Source: Eubacteriales bacterium
Lineage (GTDB): Bacteria > Bacillota > Clostridia > Oscillospirales > CAG-272
Length of the DNA: 64,000 bases
Direction: 5' to 3'
Assembly (NCBI GenBank): GCA_045577415.1
Contig: JAZNII010000052.1
Span: 992 to 64,991, forward strand
The notes below the pieces were generated by a model. The model did no database searches. It had not been told where the DNA came from and saw nothing but the letters and a program-made list of their open reading frames with translations. Every line of letters begins with the position of its first letter. Within the stretch, counting starts at the first letter, position 1. The position numbers and the translations under genes were made by a program. Below, piece after piece: positions 16,540 through 25,828 of the stretch.

Positions 16540-17199
16540 TTATATGTTGTTTTCTTTTTTAATAAGATCAATGACCTCTAAAAGATCGTCGTAGGTCTTG
16601 TATACCAACGCTTCCGTTTCCGATGTAGGTGGAAGTAAATCGGGAACCATTATCGGTTTCATTCCAGCCGCGTGTGCGGCAAATATGCCATTGTACGAAT
16701 CCTCGCAGACTATACACACAGATGCGTCTTCGACACCAATACGTTTTCCTGCCTCAATAAAAATATCGGGAGCGGGTTTACCGTCCACCACCATTTCACT
16801 GGTAACAACAGCATCTATATATTCCCACAAGCCGGTTTTTTTAAGATTTTTCTCGGCTATCTTCATAACGGTCGACGTGGCAACGGCAACGGGAATACTA
16901 TTCTCTCGTAAAAATTGCAATATTTCAAGCGCACCCTTTTTGAGCGGTATTTCTCCCTCGAAAAGCTCTCTCGCACGAGCCATTCTCTCGGCATAAAAGC
17001 CTTTACAGTCAACTCCTTTGCCGTACGTATCCTCAAGCAGCTCGATTATAGTATCTCTGCTCCTGCCTATGATCTTACAATAGAGCTTGTCAATGTCCTT
17101 AAGTCCCCACTTCTCGCCAACCTCGTTCCAGCTTCTCTGAAACAAGGGTTCGGTATCGATAAGTGTTCCGTCTTTATCAAAAATTACGTACTTTATCAT
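16540..17199 (-). CDS. HAD-superfamily hydrolase (beta-phosphoglucomutase-like subfamily)
   Basis: DKDGTLIDTE is HAD motif I, and the length of 219 aa is typical. Confidence 0.8.
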   Translation of the reverse strand: MIKYVIFDKDGTLIDTEPLFQRSWNEVGEKWGLKDIDKLYCKIIGRSRDTIIELLEDTYGKGVDCKGFYAERMARARELFEGEIPLKKGALEILQFLRENSIPVAVATSTVMKIAEKNLKKTGLWEYIDAVVTSEMVVDGKPAPDIFIEAGKRIGVEDASVCIVCEDSYNGIFAAHAAGMKPIMVPDLLPPTSETEALVYKTYDDLLEVIDLIKKENNI

Positions 17200-17202
17200 A
17201 GC

Positions 17203-18342
17203 TTAATCGGGGTTTCTTTCACCGAGAGCGACGTGATATTTCTGATAGAAGCTCTCAAAGTAGCCGCCGTCCAGAGCTTCTCTTATTTTTCTTGTTAAAT
17301 TGTTATAGAAATAGAGGTTGTGAGCAACTGCAAGTCTCATTCCAAGAGATTCCTTCGCCTTGATAAGGTGACGGATATAGGACCGGCTGTAATTACGGCA
17401 GGCAGGACAGTTGCAGGACTCGGAAATGGGTCTGGGGTCCTTGGCGTACTTCTCATTGAGCAGATTCATCTTACCTTCCCACGTGAAAAGATTGCCGTGG
17501 CGCGCGTTTCTTGAGGGCATTACGCAATCGAAGAAATCGACACCCATGTGTACCGCTTCAAGGATGTTGCAGGGCGTACCGACACCCATAAGGTATCTGG
17601 GCTTATCCTTGGGCATATATGGCTCGACCGCATCGATGATACGGTACATATCGTCGGTAGCTTCACCGACTGCAAGACCGCCGATAGCGTATCCCTCGCA
17701 GTTGATCTCGGCAATCCTCTGCATATGCTCAATTCGAAGATCTTCATACGTGCTTCCCTGATTTATGCCGAAAAGCATCTGATTACGGTTTATGGTATCG
17801 GGAAGCGAATTGAGTCTGTCCATCTCGGTGCGGCATCTTTCAAGCCAACGCGTGGTTCTGTCGATAGACGCGCGGACGTACTTATAGGGTGCGGGGTTTT
17901 CGATACACTCATCAAACGCCATAGCGATAGTCGATGCAAGGTTGGACTGTATCTGCATACTCTCCTCGGGACCCATAAAGATCTTCTTGCCGTCGATGTG
18001 AGACTGGAATCTGACACCCTCCTCGGTAATTTTACGAAGCTGAGCCAGAGAAAAGACCTGAAATCCCCCCGAGTCGGTAAGGATAGGCTTTTTCCAGTTC
18101 ATAAACTTGTGCAAGCCCCCCATATCTCTGATAAGTCCGTCACCGGGACGGATATGGAGATGGTAGGTGTTGGAAAGCTCGACCTGACAGTCAAGCTCGT
18201 CGTTAAGCTCAACGGTAGAAACACCGCCCTTGATAGCGGCGCAGGTGCCGACGTTCATAAATACGGGGGTCTGAATGTCCCCGTGAACGGTATGAAGCAC
18301 GCCTCTGCGCGCTCTGCCGTCCTGTGCTAAAAGTTCAAACAT
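17203..18342 (-). CDS. tgt: queuine tRNA-ribosyltransferase
   Basis: MFELLAQDGRARRG.. N-terminus, the GGLAVGE motif and the zinc motif CNCPACRNYSRSYIRHL. The start at 18342 has an AAGGAG RBS. Confidence 0.93.
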   Translation of the reverse strand: MFELLAQDGRARRGVLHTVHGDIQTPVFMNVGTCAAIKGGVSTVELNDELDCQVELSNTYHLHIRPGDGLIRDMGGLHKFMNWKKPILTDSGGFQVFSLAQLRKITEEGVRFQSHIDGKKIFMGPEESMQIQSNLASTIAMAFDECIENPAPYKYVRASIDRTTRWLERCRTEMDRLNSLPDTINRNQMLFGINQGSTYEDLRIEHMQRIAEINCEGYAIGGLAVGEATDDMYRIIDAVEPYMPKDKPRYLMGVGTPCNILEAVHMGVDFFDCVMPSRNARHGNLFTWEGKMNLLNEKYAKDPRPISESCNCPACRNYSRSYIRHLIKAKESLGMRLAVAHNLYFYNNLTRKIREALDGGYFESFYQKYHVALGERNPD

Positions 18343-18392
18343 AACTTTGCTCCTTTTTCCGCTGACACAAGCCAAAGTGACGCGGGATTAAT

Positions 18393-20546
18393 TTAAGTTC
18401 TTTCAAATTGTCTGTCTATATTTTTCTTGGAAAGCTCCATCGCCACGGGTCTGCCGTGAGGACAGAAGGTAATATCGGGTATCTCCATAAGTTTTTCGAC
18501 CACCCATTCGCCGTGACCCTTGGCGTATTCCCTGCCTGCCTTGATAGCAGCCTTGCAGGAAGCCTGATAAAGAGCTTTTTCGAAGATAATATTCCTCGTC
18601 AAGTCCACCTTACCCGTGCCATTCTTAATTCTGTCGGCAACCACGGCAAACATATCGGCAACCGCGTCCTGCTCGATGCCTACGGGCAGAGCCGTGACCG
18701 AAACCGTGTTTCTTGACGTTGAAAACTCAAAGCCAACCGCTTCAAGCTCTTGTCTGTACTCCTCTATCGCCGCAACCTCGTCGGACATCAGCATAACGTC
18801 GACGGGAAGCATAAGCAGCTGGGAGGAGACCTCCTGAGAGTACATATTTTTCTTGAGCTGCTCGAAAATTATTCTCTCGTGAGCGGCGTGCTTGTCGATA
18901 ATAAGCATTTTTTCCTCGACCTGCACGATAATATAGGAATTAAAGACCTCTCCGACGATCTTATATTCGATCTTCGGAGCTTTTTCTTCAACTTCGGATG
19001 TTTCGGGGGCTTTTTCTGAAGAAACGGCGCTCTGAACCGATTTATTGGCAGGCACGGAGATGTTTTCAGCATTTTTCTTGACCTCCGCAGCCTTCAGCTC
19101 CTCAACTGTCTCCTCGGAAGTTTTGTTTTCAGGCTCACGCGCGTTTTCTGCTTGGGGAGCGTCACAACAATTCTCGTCATCCTCTTTTGGAAGCGCCTCG
19201 GGGTTATAGTAGTATTTTATGTAATCCTCAGCCGTAAGTCGGGTTATTTTGCCCTGTTCCTTGGACACGGGGCTTGACTGCGTTAAGCCGCTCTCATTGA
19301 TCTGAGGCGCAGGAGTTACTTTCGGTATCTCGTTTTGCTTTTTAGGCGTAAATTGCGGAGCCGCCGTCTCGGCTATGAACGCAGGTACGCGCTCGTTCTC
19401 CGACTTTTGGGGCTGCGCGGGTTTATTCTGCGTGGGGGTCGGCATATCAATAGTGATCTGTCTTGCTTTAAGCGACTTTTCCCTTTCCACGGAAGTAAAC
19501 GCATCCGACATTCGCACACCTGCCGACGCTTTCGGCATTTCCATTTCAGGACGTGTAACGTTCTGCTCAAGTGCTTGTCTTACTGCGTAATATATCGCTT
19601 CAAATACAGGCTTTTCGTTAGAGAATTTGACCTCCAGCTTCGCGGGGTGGACGTTTACGTCAACCCTACCGGGATTAAGGGATATAAACAGTACGCATAC
19701 GGGAAATTTCTCCGACGGCATATAGGAAACGAATGCCTGCTCTATCGCCGCACCCGCAGTTCTGCTCTTAACAAAACGCTTGTTTATGTAGAAATTCTCG
19801 TAGTTTCTGTTGCTCTTGACATTATCCGAGCGACCAATGTAGCCCTTGACCGATATCCCGTCAAACTCGCCATCCACTTCGATCAATCTGTTGGCAAAAT
19901 CTCGTCCGAACACCGCGTAGATCGCGCTAAGAAGCTTGCCGTCGCCCACGGTCTCAAGCTTTATCTGACCGTCGGTGATAAGTCTGAAGGCGATCTCGGG
20001 GTGAGACAGCGCGATCTTCTCCACGTTGGCGCAGACCGCCGTGGTCTCGGTAACGTCACGCTTCAGAAACTTTCTTCTTGCGGGAACGTTGGCGAAAAGA
20101 TCCTCGACTATAATAGTCGTTCCGTTTGAACAACCTCTCTCCTGAAGCGCGATCTCCTCTCCGCAATCGACGATAAGCTCGGCGCCGAGGGGAGCATCGT
20201 GTGTTTTTGAAATTATGCGGAGCTTGGAAACTGCGGATATTGCCGCCAGAGCCTCGCCGCGGAAGCCGAGCGTACATATGCCGTCAAGATCCTCTGCGGT
20301 CTTTATCTTACTTGTTGCGTGTCGCTTTATACACAGAGGCAGATCATCGGGCTCCATACCGCATCCGTCGTCTGATATTCGCATAAAGGTAATTCCACCG
20401 TTTTGTATCTCGACGGTGATATGCTTGGCGCCCGCGTCGATAGAATTTTCTATCATCTCCTTGATCGCCGAAGCGGGTCTGTCCACGACCTCACCCGCCG
20501 CGATAAGGTTAGCGACCTCAAAGGACAGAACGTTTATAATTCCCAT
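18393..20546 (-). CDS. mutL: DNA mismatch repair protein MutL
   Basis: GHKL ATPase N-terminus (IAAGEVVDRPASAIKEMIENSIDAG) with a long low-complexity linker. It lies downstream of mutS. Confidence 0.93.
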   Translation of the reverse strand: MGIINVLSFEVANLIAAGEVVDRPASAIKEMIENSIDAGAKHITVEIQNGGITFMRISDDGCGMEPDDLPLCIKRHATSKIKTAEDLDGICTLGFRGEALAAISAVSKLRIISKTHDAPLGAELIVDCGEEIALQERGCSNGTTIIVEDLFANVPARRKFLKRDVTETTAVCANVEKIALSHPEIAFRLITDGQIKLETVGDGKLLSAIYAVFGRDFANRLIEVDGEFDGISVKGYIGRSDNVKSNRNYENFYINKRFVKSRTAGAAIEQAFVSYMPSEKFPVCVLFISLNPGRVDVNVHPAKLEVKFSNEKPVFEAIYYAVRQALEQNVTRPEMEMPKASAGVRMSDAFTSVEREKSLKARQITIDMPTPTQNKPAQPQKSENERVPAFIAETAAPQFTPKKQNEIPKVTPAPQINESGLTQSSPVSKEQGKITRLTAEDYIKYYYNPEALPKEDDENCCDAPQAENAREPENKTSEETVEELKAAEVKKNAENISVPANKSVQSAVSSEKAPETSEVEEKAPKIEYKIVGEVFNSYIIVQVEEKMLIIDKHAAHERIIFEQLKKNMYSQEVSSQLLMLPVDVMLMSDEVAAIEEYRQELEAVGFEFSTSRNTVSVTALPVGIEQDAVADMFAVVADRIKNGTGKVDLTRNIIFEKALYQASCKAAIKAGREYAKGHGEWVVEKLMEIPDITFCPHGRPVAMELSKKNIDRQFERT

Positions 20547-20580
20547 TAGTCTCGCCTCCTTTCATCAGATTTGTTTCCTT

Positions 20581-23175
20581 TCAACTCAAACGCTTTTTGA
20601 GGTCGAAAAGGAAGGTCATGCACTCATAGGGTGAGAGCGTGTTGATATCAACGTTTTTAAGCGCGTCTATAACCTGATCGTTGATGCAATCCTCAAATGT
20701 TATAAGGGTATCGTCCTTTTCTACGACCTTTTCTTCACGGTCGGTGAGCTTGATATTCTTGGCGCTTTCCTCGACCGTTGCAAGTATCTCCTTGGCGCGC
20801 TTGATGACCTCGTTTGGAAGGCCCGCAAGCTTCGCGACCTCGATTCCGTAGCTGTCGTCGGTAGAGCCGCGGACAATTTTACGCAGGAATGTAATACTGT
20901 CACCGCGCTTTTTAGCGGCGATATTATAGTTGACGATGCCGTCAAACTCATTCTCCATACTTGTCAGCTCGTGGTAGTGTGTCGCAAAAAGAGTTTTCGC
21001 TCCGATGCGTCTGCCTGCAGTGTATTCAACTATAGCTCTTGCTATACTCATGCCGTCAAAGGTTGAAGTACCGCGTCCTACCTCGTCGTAGATGATAAGG
21101 CTCTTTCTCGTAGCGTTCTTAAGTATGTAAGCCACCTCGTTCATCTCCAGCATAAAGGTGGACTGACCCGAAGCCAGATCGTCGGACGCGCCAACGCGTG
21201 TAAATATCTTGTCGGTAATACCGATCGTCGCCTCTGCCGCAGGCACGAAGGATCCCATCTGCGCCATAAGCACGATCAGCGCCACTTGTCGCATATACGT
21301 GGATTTACCCGCCATATTGGGACCTGTGATAAGCAGGAGACGGTCGGTAGTCATATTAAGCTTTGTGTCGTTGGGGACGAAATAGGAGTCCTTAACGAAC
21401 TGCTCGACCACGGGGTGTCTGCCGTCCTTGATATCGATGTCATCGGAGGAGGTTATCTCGGGACGGACGTATCTGTTCTTCGCCGCAACGGTGGCAAGAC
21501 TGTAATAAACGTCGGTCTCGGCGAGGAGCGCGGCGGTCTTTTGTATTCTTACGCTATTATCTGCAACGATCGCGCGGATATCGCAGAAAAGCTCGTATTC
21601 AAGTGAACAGAGCTTGTCAGAGGCTCCAAGCACCTTGGCTTCCATTTCTTTCAGCTCCTCGGTGATATAACGCTCGCAATTTGCAAGAGTCTGCTTTCTA
21701 ATATATCTGTCGGGAACAAGATCGTACTGCGACCTCGTGACCTCGATATAAAATCCGAAGACCTTGTTGTAGCCTACTTTAAGGTTCTTGATCCCGGTTT
21801 CTTCTCGCTCTCTTTCGGCGATCTGCTCACGCCACTCGTCACCATGCTCCACGATGGCGCGGAACTCGTCAACGCGCTCGTCATAGCCGTCCTTTATCAT
21901 TCCGCCCTCGCGTACGGAAAAAGGCGGCTCTTCCTTAATCGAGCGACAGATAAGGTCGCAGATGTCCTCAAGGGTATCAAGCTCCGAATATATTCTCTGC
22001 ATCTCGTCGCTCGTGCAGTTAGAGAGCAGATTTTTCAGCTCGGGAAGAATAGCCACGGTGCTTGCCACCGCGCGAAGATCCTTTGCGTTTGCCGAGCCGT
22101 AAACTATCTTGGTGATAAGTCTTTCAAGGTCAAGAACGTTATCAAGCAGCTCACTTATCTGCTCGCGGAGCATGAAGTTGTTGTAAAACTCCTCTACGGC
22201 GTTCTGTCTCTTGACTATCGCCGATGCGGTGATCAGCGGATGCTCTACCCATTTACGAAGCAGACGCGCTCCGAGAGAGGAACGGGTCTTGTCAAGCACC
22301 CAAAGCAGAGTTCCCTTCTTTTCCTTGGCTCTCATAGACTCCACAAGCTCAAGATTTCGTCTTGTGTTCACGTCCATTTCAAGGTACTGACCGTCGGAAT
22401 AGACGTTCAGCTTATTGATATATCCGATGTCCTTTTTCTGGGTGTCGCGGACGTAATCGAGCATAGCGCCAACCGCACAAACCAAAGCCTTATCGGCAGT
22501 GTCGTCCTCGCGCAAAGTCGACTCGAACTGCGCTTTCATCCTATCCATACAAGGATCAAGCTCAAAGCGTGAGGGCTGATTGTCGTTGAGCATCGAGCCA
22601 AGACGGTCTTTTATGAAATCAGCTATTTCTTTGAATTTTGTCGCGCCAAGATTGGAAATGACCTCCACGGGAGCGTAGGTGCCAAGCTCGTTGAGAAGTC
22701 TCGCGTCCATATTGTTACCCGAAAAGCTGGTAGCGTATATCTCCGCCGTGGAAACGTCGCAGAAGCAGACACCATATTCAAATTCACCCATATAAAGAGC
22801 GCAGAGATAATTGTTTTTCTTATCGGACAGGAGATTGGACTCGATGACCGTACCGGGAGTAATGACTCTTATAACGTCTCGCTTCACTATTCCCTTGGCG
22901 GTAGCGGGATCCTCCATCTGCTCGCAGATAGCGATCTTAAATCCCTGCTCGATAAGCTTGCCGATGTAGGTGTCCACCGAATGAAACGGCACGCCGCACA
23001 TAGGCGCTCTCTCTGCTTCTCCGCAATCTCTGCCCGTCAAGGTCAGGTCAAGCGCTCTTGATGCCACGATAGCGTCGTCAAAAAACATCTCGTAAAAGTC
23101 ACCGAGACGGTAAAAAAGCAGATAGTCCTTGTATTTGTTTTTTATCTCAAAATATTGCTCCATCATTGGAGTCAT
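20581..23175 (-). CDS. mutS: DNA mismatch repair protein MutS
   Basis: MTPMMEQYFEIK.. N-terminus with the mismatch-binding GDFYE motif, and Walker A GPNMAGKST. Confidence 0.95.
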   Translation of the reverse strand: MTPMMEQYFEIKNKYKDYLLFYRLGDFYEMFFDDAIVASRALDLTLTGRDCGEAERAPMCGVPFHSVDTYIGKLIEQGFKIAICEQMEDPATAKGIVKRDVIRVITPGTVIESNLLSDKKNNYLCALYMGEFEYGVCFCDVSTAEIYATSFSGNNMDARLLNELGTYAPVEVISNLGATKFKEIADFIKDRLGSMLNDNQPSRFELDPCMDRMKAQFESTLREDDTADKALVCAVGAMLDYVRDTQKKDIGYINKLNVYSDGQYLEMDVNTRRNLELVESMRAKEKKGTLLWVLDKTRSSLGARLLRKWVEHPLITASAIVKRQNAVEEFYNNFMLREQISELLDNVLDLERLITKIVYGSANAKDLRAVASTVAILPELKNLLSNCTSDEMQRIYSELDTLEDICDLICRSIKEEPPFSVREGGMIKDGYDERVDEFRAIVEHGDEWREQIAEREREETGIKNLKVGYNKVFGFYIEVTRSQYDLVPDRYIRKQTLANCERYITEELKEMEAKVLGASDKLCSLEYELFCDIRAIVADNSVRIQKTAALLAETDVYYSLATVAAKNRYVRPEITSSDDIDIKDGRHPVVEQFVKDSYFVPNDTKLNMTTDRLLLITGPNMAGKSTYMRQVALIVLMAQMGSFVPAAEATIGITDKIFTRVGASDDLASGQSTFMLEMNEVAYILKNATRKSLIIYDEVGRGTSTFDGMSIARAIVEYTAGRRIGAKTLFATHYHELTSMENEFDGIVNYNIAAKKRGDSITFLRKIVRGSTDDSYGIEVAKLAGLPNEVIKRAKEILATVEESAKNIKLTDREEKVVEKDDTLITFEDCINDQVIDALKNVDINTLSPYECMTFLFDLKKRLS

Positions 23176-23209
23176 AGCGGTTTCCTCGCTTCTGTTATTT
23201 CTTTATCAC

Positions 23210-23311
23210 CTACGGCAAAGCCGTAGATTTCATCGTAGGCGGCGATTTCATCCGCCGAAGGTGGATTTCATCCGCATTGCGGATTTCATTGCAAAAGCCA
23301 AGGGCTTTTGC
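23210..23311. repeat. hairpin-rich spacer with GATTTCAT x4
   Basis: GATTTCAT starts at 23226, 23244, 23264 and 23282. Small GC stems flank the copies, for example GGCGG..CCGCC and CCGC ATT GCGG. A 9-bp hairpin GCAAAAGCC AAG GGCTTTTGC spans 23291-23311, and CTACGG CAAAG CCGTAG spans 23210-23226. Confidence 0.7.
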
Positions 23312-23692
23312 TTAGTGGCAGCCACCGCAGGTGGAGCAATCGTGAGTGCAAGGTGTCTTGCCTGTCGCATTAAACATAATGGTGTTGTTCACGGTCTCCA
23401 TAAGCTCGTTGACCGCCGCCTGCGCTTCGTCAAGCTCGATGAAAAGGGGGTCGGTGGTGATCTCTGCGTAGATCTCGTCAATTCTGTCCTGAATTCTCGT
23501 CAGCGCATCGGTGTCGATCTCATCGCCGTCGCCCATAGTTGTGAGAGCCTGCTGCTGAATACCGTATTCCATCATAAGGTTGGCGATCTTCTCGCTTCCC
23601 TCGTAGGCTTCCTTAGCCTTTTCCATACGGATCATTCTCTCGTCTTCTTTTATTGCCTTTCCAAGCTCTGCCGCAAGTGAATAAATGCTCAT
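23312..23692 (-). CDS. YmcA/YlbF (RicA/RicF) family protein with a C-terminal Cys cluster
   Basis: 126-aa helical protein in the miaB-ymcA-mutS-mutL arrangement known from Bacillus subtilis. It ends in PCTHDCSTCGGCH. Confidence 0.7.
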   Translation of the reverse strand: MSIYSLAAELGKAIKEDERMIRMEKAKEAYEGSEKIANLMMEYGIQQQALTTMGDGDEIDTDALTRIQDRIDEIYAEITTDPLFIELDEAQAAVNELMETVNNTIMFNATGKTPCTHDCSTCGGCH

Positions 23693-23715
23693 ATCTATTT
23701 CCTCTTTTCGTTATT

Positions 23716-25149
23716 TTAGATTTTCTCGCCGTAGAGCGCAAAGGTCTCGGCGCGTGTAATTTTCATTTTTATGAATTTTCCGACGTCACTCTCGTCGCCG
23801 TCAAAAAGTACTATTTTATTTCCCTCGGTGCGACCCGAATATACGTCCTCGTTGTTTTTGCTCTTACCGTCGCAAAGCACCTTTAGTATTTTTCCCTCAA
23901 GAGGCTTGTTTTTTTCAAGAGCGATCTCGTTTTGAAGCTCCAAAAGTCTGTTGAAGCGCTCTCCCTTGACGTTGTCGGGTATCTGACAATCCATAGCCGC
24001 TGCGGGGGTGTCCTTTCTGGGCGAATAGATGAAGGAATAGGTCATATCGAAGCGCACCTTGCGAAGCATTTCAAGGGTTCCTTCAAAATCCTCGTCGGTC
24101 TCTCCGGGGAAACCTACGATAATGTCCGAAGATATGGTAATATCGGGTATTTTCTCGCGAAGATAATTGACTGTACGCAGATATTTTTCTCTGTCGTAGT
24201 GGCGGTTCATAGCCTTAAGTATTGTGTCGCTTCCCGACTGCATTGGCAGGTGAAACTGATGCGCGACGTGCTTTGACGATGCTATAATGTCGATAAGCTT
24301 GTCCGACGCATCCTTCGGGTGGCTGGTCATAAAACGGATAAAGTAATCGCCCTCGATTTTGTCAATATCCGAAAGCAGGTCGGCAAAATCGTAGACCTCG
24401 CCGTCGTCGCTCTTTGCATCCTTGCCGTAGCTGTTGACGTTCTGACCGAGCAGGGTTATATCCTTGTAACCGCTCCGGACAAGTTCTCTGACCTCGGCGA
24501 TTATGTCCTCGGGGCGGCGGCTTCTCTCGCGACCTCTGACGTAAGGCACGATGCAGTAGGTGCAGAAATTATTACAGCCGTACATTATCGACACCCACGC
24601 ACGGTAGGTGGACTCACGGTGAATGGGTAATCCCTCGGCAACCAAATATTCCTTTTCCTCGGGGCAATAAAGTCTTTTTCCCTTTTGAATCTTGGTGAAA
24701 ATAAGCTCGGGCAAACGGTGGAGCGAGGACGTTCCAAGCACGAAATCAACGTAAGGATAGCTGTGCTTGATGGTTTCCTTTCGGTGGTCTTGGGTCACCA
24801 TACAACCGCAAACGCCGATAAGCATATCGGGCTTTGCCGCCTTTAAATGCTTGTACTGACCCACGATGGAAAGCGCCTTTTGCTCGGCGTGCTCTCTTAC
24901 CGCACATGTGTTGACCATAATAAGGTCCGCTTCCTCGGGAGCGTAGCATATTTCATAGCCCATCGAGCGGCACATTCCCGCAATCTTTTCACTGTCGGCT
25001 TCGTTCTGCTGGCAACCAAAGGTCTGCACGAATGCCTTCAAGGCGTGTCCGCATTTCTCGGCTTTAGCAAGAGAAATCGCTCTCACCTTGTCGCGGAATA
25101 TATTTTGCGCCTGCATCTCGGCATCGGGTAAAATTCTGTATTCTTTCAT
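23716..25149 (-). CDS. miaB: tRNA-i6A37 methylthiotransferase MiaB
   Basis: UPF0004 N-domain (TFGCQQNEADSE), radical-SAM motif CNNFCTYC and a TRAM C-terminus. Confidence 0.92.
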   Translation of the reverse strand: MKEYRILPDAEMQAQNIFRDKVRAISLAKAEKCGHALKAFVQTFGCQQNEADSEKIAGMCRSMGYEICYAPEEADLIMVNTCAVREHAEQKALSIVGQYKHLKAAKPDMLIGVCGCMVTQDHRKETIKHSYPYVDFVLGTSSLHRLPELIFTKIQKGKRLYCPEEKEYLVAEGLPIHRESTYRAWVSIMYGCNNFCTYCIVPYVRGRERSRRPEDIIAEVRELVRSGYKDITLLGQNVNSYGKDAKSDDGEVYDFADLLSDIDKIEGDYFIRFMTSHPKDASDKLIDIIASSKHVAHQFHLPMQSGSDTILKAMNRHYDREKYLRTVNYLREKIPDITISSDIIVGFPGETDEDFEGTLEMLRKVRFDMTYSFIYSPRKDTPAAAMDCQIPDNVKGERFNRLLELQNEIALEKNKPLEGKILKVLCDGKSKNNEDVYSGRTEGNKIVLFDGDESDVGKFIKMKITRAETFALYGEKI

Positions 25150-25377
25150 AATTCTCTCTTTAAAATCAATTTGGATATAGTTATAGATAATATATTATTA
25201 TATAATAAAAGCGCGAAAATGTCAAGGGTTTGAGTAGGATTTGTTGCTATTTCGCAGAGAAATATCCGAAAACCTTTCAGGAGCTTGAACGCTCTTGACA
25301 AAATCCTGCAAATGACTTATAATTAAAATAGGACTTTTCTATTGAAACAATCAAATCATAATTAGGAGAAACGTGCT

Positions 25378-25767
25378 ATGTTGTCAAATGAGGTTAAATA
25401 CGAAAAACTGTTACAAAAATTCATAAGCGGCATAGAATGCACTATTGATGTTGATTACGGTGATAAGGCATCGGTTAAGAAAAACAACAAAGGTGTAGAC
25501 CAGTACAGAAAAGCCGCTAAACAGATTAACGAGCAGTTCTCCGATCAAAAAGATAACTTTGCAAGCCTTTTAAATCATCCTACAAACGAAGTCAGAGTTG
25601 CTTGCGCCGTGTGTATGATAGAGATTATGGATTACAATGAAAACTGGCGCAATCAAGCATTGGAGGTAATTAAAGCCGATTATCCTTCAAAACCACGATT
25701 TGAAAAATCTATGATTAACATTTGGCTAAAGAATCATGGATTTGATGAAATAGAAAAAATATATTGA
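25378..25767 (+). CDS. hypothetical protein, possibly a DUF2019 / HEAT-like immunity-type protein
   Basis: The 129-aa ORF has its own TTGACA-17-TATAAT promoter and an AGGAGA RBS. The segment LLNHPTNEVRVACAVCMIE resembles the DUF2019 pattern as I recall it. This assignment is weak. Confidence 0.35.
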   Translation: MLSNEVKYEKLLQKFISGIECTIDVDYGDKASVKKNNKGVDQYRKAAKQINEQFSDQKDNFASLLNHPTNEVRVACAVCMIEIMDYNENWRNQALEVIKADYPSKPRFEKSMINIWLKNHGFDEIEKIY

Positions 25768-25787
25768 TTTTGCAATTCATACAAGTT

Positions 25788-25821
25788 AAAATCCCGATAG
25801 ATTTTTGTCTATCGGGATTTT
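25788..25821. terminator. bidirectional intrinsic terminator
   Basis: AAAATCCCGATAGA / TCTATCGGGATTTT lies between convergent genes. Confidence 0.8.
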
Positions 25822-25828
25822 GTTATTA

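Noticed and set aside
23129-23680. A 183-aa plus-strand ORF spanning the mutS start, the GATTTCAT array and the ymcA-like gene
   Set aside because: It is antisense to two supported genes and reads through a hairpin-repeat spacer. Its translation (RRFHRRRRFHPPKVDFIRIADFI) merely reflects the repeat.
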